Assembly: GCA_964390105.1 (NCBI GenBank)
Contig: CAYMGV010000001.1
Coordinates: 334,000 to 397,999, forward strand
Direction: 5' to 3'
Origin: an uncultured Anaerolineae bacterium
Lineage (GTDB): Bacteria; Chloroflexota; Anaerolineae; Aggregatilineales; UBA3940
DNA length: 64,000 nt
The notes under the pieces: model-generated
Told to the model about the DNA's origin: nothing
The model's database searches: none
What the model saw: only the letters and a program-made list of their open reading frames with translations
In this document: positions 18,390-27,944 of the stretch, one piece after another
Position numbering within the stretch: position 1 is the stretch's first letter
How the letters are laid out: each line of letters begins with the position of its first letter
Translations under genes and position numbers: made by a program

Positions 18390-20453
18390 CTAGTCTTCCT
18401 CTTCCTCAACCTGTGCAGCGTTGATGATCTCCTCAGCAATATTGCCAGGGACAACCTCGTAGTGGGAGAAATCGAGGGTATAGACCCCCCTGCCCCCGGT
18501 GATCGAACGCAGGTCATTACTGTACCGCTGTACCTCGGCAAGCGGGATCAGCACTTTGACGACATATTTGTTACCCACCGCCTCGGTGCCCTGAACCTGC
18601 CCCCGCCGCGAACTCAGGTCACCAATCACATCGCCCATACTGGTTTCCGGGATCATGACGTTGAGCATCACAATCGGCTCAAGCAGCGCCGGGCCTGCCG
18701 CTTTTACAGCCTTCTTGAATGCTTCGCGGCCAGCGATCTGGAACGCGATGTCCTTGGAGTCAACCGGGTGCTCTTTACCATCGGTCACGACAGCACGCAC
18801 ATCAACAAACGGATACCCCGCAACAACGCCCCGCTCCATCACCTGCTTGATCCCCTTTTCAATTGAGGGAATGAAGCTCTGGGAGATTGCGCCACCAAAC
18901 ACCTTGTTAACAAACTCAAAGCCTTCGCCACGCGGCTGTGGCTCAAGGCGTAAATGGACTTCACCGAACTGCCCGGCACCCCCGGACTGTTTCTTGTGAC
19001 GATGTGAGGCTTCACCAATCTTCGTGATGGTCTCCTGGTAGGGCACCTTGGGTACATGCACGTCAAGGTTTGTCCCCAGCGAGGCCGCACGCTTTATTGC
19101 CACGGCGATATGAACATCGCCCATCCCTTCCATGACGGTTTCATTTGTGGTAGCCTCCTGCCGCCAGAACAACGTCGGGTCCTCGTCGGCAACGCGAGTC
19201 AGTGTCGGCCCCATCTTGGCGGAGTCCGCCTGGGTCTGCGGCGTCACCGCTACGGCATAGACCGGTCTTGGGAATTCAGGGATATTGACGAGAATGACCT
19301 TGCCCTTATCCCCAATGGTGTCGCAGGTCGTCGTGTGAGTGAGTTTGGCTACCGCGCCAACATCACCCGCATGAAGGGTATCGACCTGCAGTTGTTCTTT
19401 ACCCTGCATCACAAACAGAGGGCCAATACGTTCTTCTTCCTCAACCGAGTGATTATAATACCGATTATCACCCTTAAGTTCGCCTGAAATCACGCGGAAA
19501 TAGGTTAACTGGCCAACATAGGGGTCCACCATGGTCTTGAACACATACAAGGCCAAAGGGCCGTTGTCATCAGCGGACAGCTCGACAGCCTCACCCGCAC
19601 CATTCCTGGCCTCAAACGACTCATGCCCACCAGGGGCGGGTGCCAGTTCAAGCAGTAGCTTAGCCAATGCACGCACGCCGATGTTAGCCGTCGCAGCCGT
19701 GTAAACAACAGGCACGAAACTGTAGTCAAGGAGGCCAAGCTTAATACCCTGGCACATATCCTCGTCCGTCAGTTCACCTGCCTCGAAGTACTTCTCCATC
19801 AGGTCGTCATTGGCCTCGGCGGCTTTTTCCATCAACTCGAGCCGGGCGGCCTGTACAGCGTCTTCAACCTCAGGTGGATAGATATCCTCGGCACCTTCAC
19901 CACGGAAGTACTTCATCGTGATCAGGTCCACCACGCCCTGAAAGACATCATCAACGAATACAGGGTACTGGATGGGGGCCAGACGTGCATCAAAGGACTT
20001 GCGAATCGCCTCGTGAACAACATCAAGCTGGAGGTTGTCACGATCCATCTTGTTAACCACGATCATACGCGGCAGATCGAACTTGTCGGCGAATTCCCAG
20101 TACAGTTCCGTACCGACTTCAACACCCGACGAGGCATCGACGAGCAGCAGCGCCAGTTCGGAAACCTTCAGCGCGTTAATCACATCACCCTGGAAATCGG
20201 TATATCCGGGCGTATCCAGGAAGTTCAGCTTCAGACCAGACATCTCCACTGGAACAAGAGAGGTGTAAAGGGACATCTGGCGATCAATTTCGTCCTCATC
20301 AAAGTCCGAGATAGTGGTGCCTTCCATGACACTCCCCAGCCGATTGGTTGCGCCTGCATTAAACAACAGCGCTTCAGCCAGGGAGGTTTTACCACTGCCT
20401 TGATGAGATACTAGTGCGATATTCCGCACCGCGGAAGTCTCATAGACTTTCAT
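18390..20453 (-). CDS. fusA: elongation factor G paralog (EF-G-2 type)
   Basis: Translational GTPase: G1 SHQGSGKT, G3 DTPGYTDF, G4 NKMD. EF-G domains II-V follow. ATG 20453 has GGAGGAAA 8 nt upstream. It is not in a str-operon context, and its G1 differs from the canonical AHIDAGKT. Confidence 0.85.
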   Translation of the reverse strand: MKVYETSAVRNIALVSHQGSGKTSLAEALLFNAGATNRLGSVMEGTTISDFDEDEIDRQMSLYTSLVPVEMSGLKLNFLDTPGYTDFQGDVINALKVSELALLLVDASSGVEVGTELYWEFADKFDLPRMIVVNKMDRDNLQLDVVHEAIRKSFDARLAPIQYPVFVDDVFQGVVDLITMKYFRGEGAEDIYPPEVEDAVQAARLELMEKAAEANDDLMEKYFEAGELTDEDMCQGIKLGLLDYSFVPVVYTAATANIGVRALAKLLLELAPAPGGHESFEARNGAGEAVELSADDNGPLALYVFKTMVDPYVGQLTYFRVISGELKGDNRYYNHSVEEEERIGPLFVMQGKEQLQVDTLHAGDVGAVAKLTHTTTCDTIGDKGKVILVNIPEFPRPVYAVAVTPQTQADSAKMGPTLTRVADEDPTLFWRQEATTNETVMEGMGDVHIAVAIKRAASLGTNLDVHVPKVPYQETITKIGEASHRHKKQSGGAGQFGEVHLRLEPQPRGEGFEFVNKVFGGAISQSFIPSIEKGIKQVMERGVVAGYPFVDVRAVVTDGKEHPVDSKDIAFQIAGREAFKKAVKAAGPALLEPIVMLNVMIPETSMGDVIGDLSSRRGQVQGTEAVGNKYVVKVLIPLAEVQRYSNDLRSITGGRGVYTLDFSHYEVVPGNIAEEIINAAQVEEEED

Positions 20454-20584
20454 ATGCCAATTTCCTCCATTAGACACGTAGGGTATGTATGCACAAGCTA
20501 GCGTGGAGGGACCACGTTGTGTCCAGAGTCAACCAAGTGTGTAACCGGGGTCGCAGAAGATGGGGCACATGCCCGTGCATGAAC

Positions 20585-20614
20585 ATTCTAATAAGAGAAT
20601 TACATACTTGTCAA
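20585..20614 (-). promoter_or_regulatory. candidate promoter of the EF-G paralog
   Basis: On the minus strand: TTGACA (20614-20609), 18 nt, TAGAAT (20590-20585). This leaves a ~130-nt 5' UTR. Confidence 0.4.
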
Positions 20615-20793
20615 TCAGCCGCCCTGCACGAACGTCTGACTGGTGTGTGCGTATGAATCCCGGAGGCATGACGCAACAACTGCAATGTGCCCTGATTCAC
20701 GCTACACGTTATACTCCAAGATACCCTGTTTGCGGTAGGCTTTTTATCCTGACAGGGTGTGACGTTTATTAGGTTTGTCTTCTACAGGTATCT

Positions 20794-22302
20794 ATGAATT
20801 GGAAACGTCGTAGAGATGGGCTGCCTCAGATCAGGCGTCCACCCAACCGTCGGGCTGCGTTCAGTGGAACCCGAAAACCGAGCCGATACTTGCGCTCACG
20901 TGGCTCATCACTGCCGCAAATTGGGCGTTCAAGCACTCGAATCCAGGGACCGGGGACTGTCCTGACCCTGATCATTGCAGGTATCATAGCGATTCTGATC
21001 CTGATCGTCACCAATCAGAGCTGGCTACCGCTGGTTTCCAGGATCATCCCGGACCGCTATATCATGGCGTATGCACCGCAAGCCGTACAGGAAACAGTGT
21101 TTGAGATTGATGTCAACGCACAGGTGCCCACGCCCATCGCCGATACCGGCATCACGGCAGATGACCTGCTCGGCGAGGCCCCCGTCATTAGACCGACCCC
21201 ATCCCCTACCCCGAAACCAACGCCGGAAGGCGGGTATAATCCCGCGGATTTCCCCGATGGCTATGTACAACCGACGCTGGCTCCCATCGCTCCGACTGCG
21301 ACGATTACCCCTGCGGCGGCACTTGCCGTCGATTCCCGCGCGACGGACCGTGAAAACAGCGCAGACCTCACCAATGTTGAGGTGCTGCTGACTGGCTTTG
21401 CTTTCGAACAGCAAGGCTACAACAACTGTGGGCCAGCCTCGCTGCGTGTGAATATGAGTTATTGGGGCGTTGAATTTACCGAGGACGATGCTGCGGCGTT
21501 CCTCAAGCCCAACCCGGAAGACCCCAATGTCCGCCCGGATGAGATGGCCCGCTATGCAGAACGATACGGTTACCAGACTCTGGTCCGCGCAAACGGGAAC
21601 CTGGACCAGCTCAAGCAGCTTCTGCTGGCAGGCTACCCGGTCATGATTGAGACGGGCTATGACCCTGAACCAACGACCGTCGGCTGGACCTCGCACTACC
21701 TGACGCTGGTTGGATTTACGTCAGAAGGCTTCATCGCAATGGATACGTACCGCCGCCCAAACTGGCTCTACTCCTTTGAAGAGCTTGATACCTACTGGCG
21801 CCAGTTCAACCGGCATTACCTGATCATCCACCGTCCAGATCAGGCCGTGGCCGTGGCGTCCATTGTCGGTGAGGACATGGATGAGCGAACCAACTGGGAA
21901 AACGCCCGTGACACCGCTCAGTATGAACTCAGCCTCGACCGGGACGACCCTTTCGGCTGGTACAATCTGGGGGCCAGCCTGACCTATCTCGGAGAATACG
22001 ACAAGGCCGTTTCAGCATTCAATGAGGCACGCCAGATCGGCCTGCCGTGGCGCTGGATGTGGTATCAGTTTGAACCCTATGCGGCTTACATGGAGATTGG
22101 TGCCTACGATGAAGTGATCGCGCTGGCCGATTCCGTGCTGCAAACCAAGGCATCAGAAGAAGCGTACTACTACAAAGGTCTTGCGCTGCTGGCACAGGGC
22201 GATACCAACGGCGCTCAACGCCAGATCGAGCTTGCTTTGCGTTTTAACGAAAACTACCTGGCTGCACAGGCCATGCTGGAATCCCTGGAAAGCGGTGGAT
22301 AG
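20794..22302 (+). CDS. membrane-anchored C39-like cysteine peptidase domain / TPR protein (paralog 1)
   Basis: Basic N-terminus, one TM helix, a Pro/Thr linker, then a C39-like core: GYNNCGPASLRVNMSYWG ... GWTSHYLTLVGF ... AMDTY. C-terminal TPRs. Confidence 0.6.
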   Translation: MNWKRRRDGLPQIRRPPNRRAAFSGTRKPSRYLRSRGSSLPQIGRSSTRIQGPGTVLTLIIAGIIAILILIVTNQSWLPLVSRIIPDRYIMAYAPQAVQETVFEIDVNAQVPTPIADTGITADDLLGEAPVIRPTPSPTPKPTPEGGYNPADFPDGYVQPTLAPIAPTATITPAAALAVDSRATDRENSADLTNVEVLLTGFAFEQQGYNNCGPASLRVNMSYWGVEFTEDDAAAFLKPNPEDPNVRPDEMARYAERYGYQTLVRANGNLDQLKQLLLAGYPVMIETGYDPEPTTVGWTSHYLTLVGFTSEGFIAMDTYRRPNWLYSFEELDTYWRQFNRHYLIIHRPDQAVAVASIVGEDMDERTNWENARDTAQYELSLDRDDPFGWYNLGASLTYLGEYDKAVSAFNEARQIGLPWRWMWYQFEPYAAYMEIGAYDEVIALADSVLQTKASEEAYYYKGLALLAQGDTNGAQRQIELALRFNENYLAAQAMLESLESGG

Positions 22303-22307
22303 ATCGT

Positions 22308-23666
22308 ATGAAGCAACCAGCCCGTAAACCCAATCCCATCCTGGTGTGGGGCAGTCTGACTGCTTCGCTCATCGTACTGCTGCTGGCAATTATGATGCCC
22401 TTGTGGCTGCCTCGCATGGTGCGAACCTTTATCCCGGATCGCTACATCGTGGCCTATGCCCCTGGGTTCGTGCAGGACATCGTATTCAACGCGAATAACC
22501 CCGTCGCCCTGCCGACCGCAGCAGCAGGCGCTGACCAGGAGCAGGCACTAATTGCGGAGTTAGCCGGGCTGGCCGCCGAGACAGCCACCGCATTGCCGAC
22601 TGTAGCTTCGGTGACAGGGGGGCAGACCCCCATCACCCCTACGTTTACGCCACCCTTTGTGGATCAGAGCGCCAGCCCTACCCCTACCCCGGCATCACAG
22701 GTTGAGGACTACGTGCTGCTGACCGGGTTTGAACACGCCCCACAGGGCTGGAACAAATGCGGCCCGGCAACACTTGCCACACAATTGAGCTACTGGGGCC
22801 GTGAGGACGATCAATTCCAGATTTCCGCTGCGATCAAGCCACACGAAGAGGATAGTAATGTCAACCCATGGGAACTATCAGATTATGCTGAGAGCATCGG
22901 CTATGATTCAGTCTATCGAATCAATGGGGATATCGACACGCTAACCCGGTTGATCGCCGCAGGCTACCCCGTGATCATTGAGCGCGGCTTCGATGAACTG
23001 CCCGACGAAGGGTGGATGGGCCATTTCATGCTGATGATCGGGTATGACAACAATGCCCGGGAACTGTACGCACTCGACTCCTATTGGGGCACCAACCGCA
23101 CTCACGCCGATACCAGCTTCCCGGTTGACACCTGGGCCTATGATCGGTTTGACAGCCTGTGGCGGCACTTCAACCGGGCTTACGTGGTCATCGCGCCGCC
23201 GGGCCAATACGCGCAGATCGCGGCCATCATCGGCGATGAGATCGATGACACCATCATGTATTCGCGTGCACTGGAGCAGGCATATACCGAGGTCAACACC
23301 TATGATGACACCTTCGCGTGGTATAACCTCGGAGCCCTGCTAACCGAACCCGGTAACTACGAGCAGGCGGCAACGGCCTTCGATGCAGCACGTGAGCGGG
23401 AACTACCGTGGCGCACCTACTGGTACCGGTTCGAGTTGTACGAAGCCTACTACCAGGTGGGACGCTACGAGGACGTGCTGACGCTGGCATTGTACACCGC
23501 AGACCCAACCAACTACCCCGAATCGGAAGAAGCCCACTACTATATGGGGTTGGTCTATCTCGCACGGGGGCAAAACTCAGCAGCCCGCAGCGCTTTTGAG
23601 AAGGCATTGCGCTACAATCCATACTTCGAACCGGCACAGCAGCAGATCAACACTCTGGGGGGCTAA
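22308..23666 (+). CDS. membrane-anchored C39-like cysteine peptidase domain / TPR protein (paralog 2)
   Basis: Same architecture as the upstream gene: GWNKCGPATLATQLSYWG ... GWMGHFMLMIGY ... ALDSY, plus TPRs. It shares the post-TM motif IPDRYI(V/M)AYAP. It starts 5 nt after paralog 1. Confidence 0.6.
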   Translation: MKQPARKPNPILVWGSLTASLIVLLLAIMMPLWLPRMVRTFIPDRYIVAYAPGFVQDIVFNANNPVALPTAAAGADQEQALIAELAGLAAETATALPTVASVTGGQTPITPTFTPPFVDQSASPTPTPASQVEDYVLLTGFEHAPQGWNKCGPATLATQLSYWGREDDQFQISAAIKPHEEDSNVNPWELSDYAESIGYDSVYRINGDIDTLTRLIAAGYPVIIERGFDELPDEGWMGHFMLMIGYDNNARELYALDSYWGTNRTHADTSFPVDTWAYDRFDSLWRHFNRAYVVIAPPGQYAQIAAIIGDEIDDTIMYSRALEQAYTEVNTYDDTFAWYNLGALLTEPGNYEQAATAFDAARERELPWRTYWYRFELYEAYYQVGRYEDVLTLALYTADPTNYPESEEAHYYMGLVYLARGQNSAARSAFEKALRYNPYFEPAQQQINTLGG

Positions 23667-23677
23667 TCCGCACGCCT

Positions 23678-25282
23678 ATGACTGACGATCCCGAAACGCC
23701 CGAACCTGTCGCAGTCCCACACAAGCCTTCAACCGGCAGTGTTGTTGCAAGATCAACCCTGGTTGTGATGGCCGGTATGGCTGCCGCAACTGTTGTCGGC
23801 CTGATCCGGCAGCGGATTGTAGCGGGTGCATTTGGGACATCTGCTGCACTTGATGCGTTTTCGGCAGCAAATGGTATACCGGAACTGCTGTTTACTATCC
23901 TGGCCGGTGGGGCACTCTCGTTTGCATTTATACCGATATACGCCGAGCTGTTAGAGACGGGCGAAAAAAAAGCCTCCGATTTGTTATTCAGCCAGGTTGT
24001 CAACATCATCTTTTTGCTGACTCTGGCCGCAAGTGTGATTGTCGCCGCGTTTGCCGAAACACTGGTCACTGCCCCGTGGGGGATTGGGCCGTCTTTCCCC
24101 CCTGAAGTTCAACAACTGACTATCCAGTTGATGCGGATTCTGCTGCTGTCCACGCTGATATTCGCCATCAGCAGCATTGTGACCGGGTCATTGCACGCAC
24201 ATCAACACTTTCTTCTTCCCGCGTTTACCAGCGTCGTTTACAGTGGTGGGATCATCGTTGGCGCGGTGGTACTAGCACCATCAATGGGTGTGTTTGGGCT
24301 GGCATGGGGAGCCGTAATTGGTGCGTTTCTCCACCTGGCAATCCAGGTTCCAGGGCTGATTCACTTCGGAATCCGCTGGGTTCCAACGATGCAACTCTCC
24401 CCTGAACTGCGCCGCGTTGCCATACTGATGGCTCCGCGTATTGTGGACCTGATGATGGCGCGGCTCATGATTGACTGGATTAACTCCAATATCGGATCTG
24501 GTTTGGGCGAAGGTCGCGTTTCATCGCTCCGATATGCGTACCAATTGATGAACATGCCCTGGACACTGATCGGTACGGCAATTGGTATTGCCGTCTTTCC
24601 AACGATGGCAGTTCTTGCCAGCAAAAAAAGCCGCGCGGAACAGCGCAATGCCGTCAGCGGAGCCATGCGGGCCGTACTGACCCTGGCAATTCCGGCGGCA
24701 GTTGGGCTTCTTGTGCTGGGCGAACCTATCATCCGTATCCTGTATGAGGGTGGTGAGTTCACAGCAGATAGCACCCGACTTGTGTTTTATGCCCTGCAAT
24801 TCTATACCCTGACGTTGATCAGCCAAACGATGCTGGAGGTCGTGGTGCGAGCGTTTGCCTCGACGCAAGATACCGTCACGCCACTGCTGATCTCCATCGG
24901 CACCACCGTGATCAACGTGGTTCTGGCGTTCACACTGGCCCAGCCGGATCGCCTGTCCCACGGTGGCCTGCCGCTGGCAAACGGCATCGCGGTGGGGATT
25001 GAAGCCATCACGGGGCTGATTATCCTTCATATCCGATGGAAGGGCATCAACGCAGGGCAGATCATACTGGATGCGCTGAAAGCGTTACTGGCATCTGCTG
25101 TGATGGGGGGCAGCATTCTGCTGGTCAACTCTGTGCTGGCCCCATCAGACTTCATGCTGCTGGTGTTAGGCGGCAGCCTCGGAGTTATTGTGTACTTCAG
25201 TGTGGCCCTATTGTTGGGTATCCGAGAAGTCCGGACTGTGCCTGAGGCACTGATCAGAGGGTTGTTCAAACCCACGGTCTAG
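23678..25282 (+). CDS. murJ: lipid II flippase MurJ (MviN family)
   Basis: 534 aa, ~14 TM segments. The N-terminus RQRIVAGAFGTSAALDAFSAANGIPELLFTILAGGALSFAFIP is typical of MurJ. Confidence 0.85.
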   Translation: MTDDPETPEPVAVPHKPSTGSVVARSTLVVMAGMAAATVVGLIRQRIVAGAFGTSAALDAFSAANGIPELLFTILAGGALSFAFIPIYAELLETGEKKASDLLFSQVVNIIFLLTLAASVIVAAFAETLVTAPWGIGPSFPPEVQQLTIQLMRILLLSTLIFAISSIVTGSLHAHQHFLLPAFTSVVYSGGIIVGAVVLAPSMGVFGLAWGAVIGAFLHLAIQVPGLIHFGIRWVPTMQLSPELRRVAILMAPRIVDLMMARLMIDWINSNIGSGLGEGRVSSLRYAYQLMNMPWTLIGTAIGIAVFPTMAVLASKKSRAEQRNAVSGAMRAVLTLAIPAAVGLLVLGEPIIRILYEGGEFTADSTRLVFYALQFYTLTLISQTMLEVVVRAFASTQDTVTPLLISIGTTVINVVLAFTLAQPDRLSHGGLPLANGIAVGIEAITGLIILHIRWKGINAGQIILDALKALLASAVMGGSILLVNSVLAPSDFMLLVLGGSLGVIVYFSVALLLGIREVRTVPEALIRGLFKPTV

Positions 25283-25373
25283 ATGGATTCTCAAAAATCC
25301 TGTAGAAGATCACCTGCTGGATTGTGTAAAATCTAAATGAGACGTCACTAAATAGTTTGAAAGAACGTATAAC

Positions 25374-25880
25374 ATGAACCCTATAGTACGAATCTTAAAC
25401 CATCGTGCCTATCCTGTTTTCGCTGCACTGCTTTTGATCGTCGCTGCAATCCTGTTCACTATAGACTCAAGCGGATTTGTGGCCCTTGACGCCCTATGGC
25501 TGGCCCTCATCACCGCAGGGCTGTTCCTGCTATGGCGCTTGCTGGTTTCGACACAAACCGCTGAAATGGACAGCGTGCAGAAGATCAGGTCACAACTTAC
25601 AAACAGCAAAACTCCCACAATCATTGAGTTTTTCTCCTCGTATTGTGTAGGCTGTATGGCGATGAAACCGGTACTGGATCGACTTGAACAGGAAGCCGGG
25701 GAACGGCTGCAGATCATCCGGCTCAACATCGATGAGGAACCGGGCCGAACGCTGATGGCAGAGTACGATATCGTGTTCACCCCAACGTTCGTATATTTTG
25801 ACAAACAGGGTAACAAGCTGCGAGACAGCATCGGTATCCTTGATCAGGCACGTGTTCTTTACGATCTGGAAATGTCCTGA
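25374..25880 (+). CDS. membrane-anchored thioredoxin-family protein
   Basis: Two N-terminal TM helices, then a thioredoxin fold with a CVGC active site (EFFSSYCVGCMAMKPVL) and the cis-Pro region FTPTFVYF. Confidence 0.75.
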   Translation: MNPIVRILNHRAYPVFAALLLIVAAILFTIDSSGFVALDALWLALITAGLFLLWRLLVSTQTAEMDSVQKIRSQLTNSKTPTIIEFFSSYCVGCMAMKPVLDRLEQEAGERLQIIRLNIDEEPGRTLMAEYDIVFTPTFVYFDKQGNKLRDSIGILDQARVLYDLEMS

Positions 25881-25896
25881 TGGAAACCTGCGTCAT

Positions 25897-26859
25897 ATGG
25901 ATGCCATGATGCAACTGCTGTTTCTGTTTCTTGATGGCGTGGGGCTGGGTGATGATGATCCAACCTGCAACCCTTTCTCGGCTGCTGACCTCCCCACCCT
26001 GTCCAGCCTGGCAGGGCAGCAGCGCTGGCTTACCGGGGCAACTGCTCATCGCACCGATCGAGTTGCATTCATCCCGACCGATGCAACCCTCGGCGTACCC
26101 AAAAAACCACAGTCAGCCACCGGGCAGGCAACCATCCTGACCGGGATCAATGTCCCAGCGCAGATTGGCCGGCACTATGGCCCCAAACCTACGCCGGATA
26201 TTGGTTCCCTCGTGGAAAAGCATTCCGTGGTTAAACGGCTCAGGGAATCAGGCATCTCGTCGCAGCTACTCAATGTGTATTCATCTTCCTACCTTGATCA
26301 GATAGCGCGTGGAAAGCTGCTGCATACCTCGAACCAACTGGCATTTACATCGGCAGGTGTGCCCATGCGAGATGGACAGGCGTATCTCGACGGAACCGGC
26401 ATCAGCGCGGATTTCACCGGTGAGATGTGGGTAGAATACGGCGCGCGCCATGATCAACGGACCCTTGACTACCAGCACCATCAACCCGACAAACCAATCC
26501 CCACCTACAGCCCCGGGGAAGCTGGCAGACTGCTTGCGAATACAGCGCAAGAGAAGCGTTTCTCGTTTTTTGATAACTGGCTGACGGACTATCTCGGCCA
26601 CCGTGGCAAACTGCCCGAAGCGATACGATTAGCGGAGCGCTTTGATGCGGTCATGGCAAGCCTGCTTGAACACTGGGATGATAATCACTACATCCTGATC
26701 ACCAGTGACCACGGTAACTTTGAGGACCTCAGCCAGCGCGGTCATACACGCAACCGGGTTCCAACAGTTCTGATCGGCCCGCAAGCCGGGGAAATAACCG
26801 CAGATATCCGCGATCTGACGCACATCACCCCGCTTATCCAACGCATTTTCGGGATCTAA
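25897..26859 (+). CDS. alkaline-phosphatase-superfamily metalloenzyme (cofactor-independent PGM/phosphopentomutase-like)
   Basis: N-terminal metal-site motif LFLFLDGVGLG and C-terminal ILITSDHGN...GHTRNRVP. ATG 25897. The ORF-track start at 25798 overlaps the previous gene. Confidence 0.6.
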   Translation: MDAMMQLLFLFLDGVGLGDDDPTCNPFSAADLPTLSSLAGQQRWLTGATAHRTDRVAFIPTDATLGVPKKPQSATGQATILTGINVPAQIGRHYGPKPTPDIGSLVEKHSVVKRLRESGISSQLLNVYSSSYLDQIARGKLLHTSNQLAFTSAGVPMRDGQAYLDGTGISADFTGEMWVEYGARHDQRTLDYQHHQPDKPIPTYSPGEAGRLLANTAQEKRFSFFDNWLTDYLGHRGKLPEAIRLAERFDAVMASLLEHWDDNHYILITSDHGNFEDLSQRGHTRNRVPTVLIGPQAGEITADIRDLTHITPLIQRIFGI

Positions 26860-26890
26860 AAAGGCAGGCATATTGCAGCCTGCCTTACCG
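26857..26890. terminator. hairpin terminator between convergent genes
   Basis: AAGGCAGGC (26861-26869), 8-nt loop, GCCTGCCTT (26878-26886). An A-tract precedes it on the + strand, giving a T-tract for the minus-strand lipoprotein gene. Confidence 0.6.
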
Positions 26891-26910
26891 TCTCTGGCTT
26901 GTGCAGGGAG

Positions 26911-27684
26911 TTACTCGCCTGGTGTGGCCGTTTCTTCTACATCGGGCGTTTCCGTGCCATCCTGGGGCGTTGCATCGGGAGTACCTTCCGGCGTTGCGGT
27001 GACCGTCGGATCACCAGTCGGAATTGGGGCCATTACAATAAATTGGAAGGTGTGATTGGTTTCATTCATGCGGAACTGATTTCCACCCAGGTCGGTAAAC
27101 ACATGAACCCCGCCACGCGGCACCCATTCCCCTTGACTGTTCTCAAATCCCGCAGCCTGCCACTCATATTCTGAAGTGAACGGCCATTCGACGAGTACTG
27201 CCCATCCAATGGTATTTCGCTCACTGGCAGAAAGCCTGTTGCGCCAGACATCACCAAAACCGCGCACCGGTTGAAGAAGACCCTCCGGTGGAATCATCAG
27301 CGGGTCGCTTTCAGCGTCGGTGTTTTCGTCCCAGTTATCCACAAAACTGACCCATGTCCCCGTCTCTACCCCGGGGTCAAAGAACAGCACCCAGATTTCG
27401 CCGTTACCGGGGGTAAAATCGGGGTTAGAGACACAACGCTCATCAGTTGAACGGGCAATCCAGAACATACGCCCACGCTCAAAGGGCTGCTCGATCATAC
27501 TGGGTTCACATTCAAAGGAGCGTGCCAGCGCCACTGGCGTTACCGCCGGAGTCGGCTCCGCCGTCTCAGTCACTTCCACAGTGGGGCTGTTGGTTGGTTC
27601 CAGCGTCGCCGCCGAGGAACAGCCTGCGCTCAACAACATCAAAACACCGATTAACCCCAGGTGCCAGGTTGGTTGGTTTGTCAT
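26911..27684 (-). CDS. hypothetical secreted lipoprotein
   Basis: Signal peptide plus lipobox LLSAGC. Thr/Pro/Glu-rich linkers flank a Trp-rich globular core. No family recognised. Confidence 0.5.
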   Translation of the reverse strand: MTNQPTWHLGLIGVLMLLSAGCSSAATLEPTNSPTVEVTETAEPTPAVTPVALARSFECEPSMIEQPFERGRMFWIARSTDERCVSNPDFTPGNGEIWVLFFDPGVETGTWVSFVDNWDENTDAESDPLMIPPEGLLQPVRGFGDVWRNRLSASERNTIGWAVLVEWPFTSEYEWQAAGFENSQGEWVPRGGVHVFTDLGGNQFRMNETNHTFQFIVMAPIPTGDPTVTATPEGTPDATPQDGTETPDVEETATPGE

Positions 27685-27944
27685 ACTACCTCTTCACACT
27701 AACGGATCGAGACTGCATTCTATCGCGCAGTGGCATCCCTTACCACCTCACTGGCGCATGTTTCGATGAGCCTTTGTCCCTGTCCTGCCATCTGTAAGAG
27801 AAAACGAACCGCATCATAACCGGCTCTCTATTGTGCTGAAGGAAGGGTGAGGTTACACTAGTCTTATCGGTAAATAATCAACGATAATCCTTCATATCTG
27901 TATTGTTTTTGGTGCCGTACAATGTGCCAGATTCAAGGGGAATC

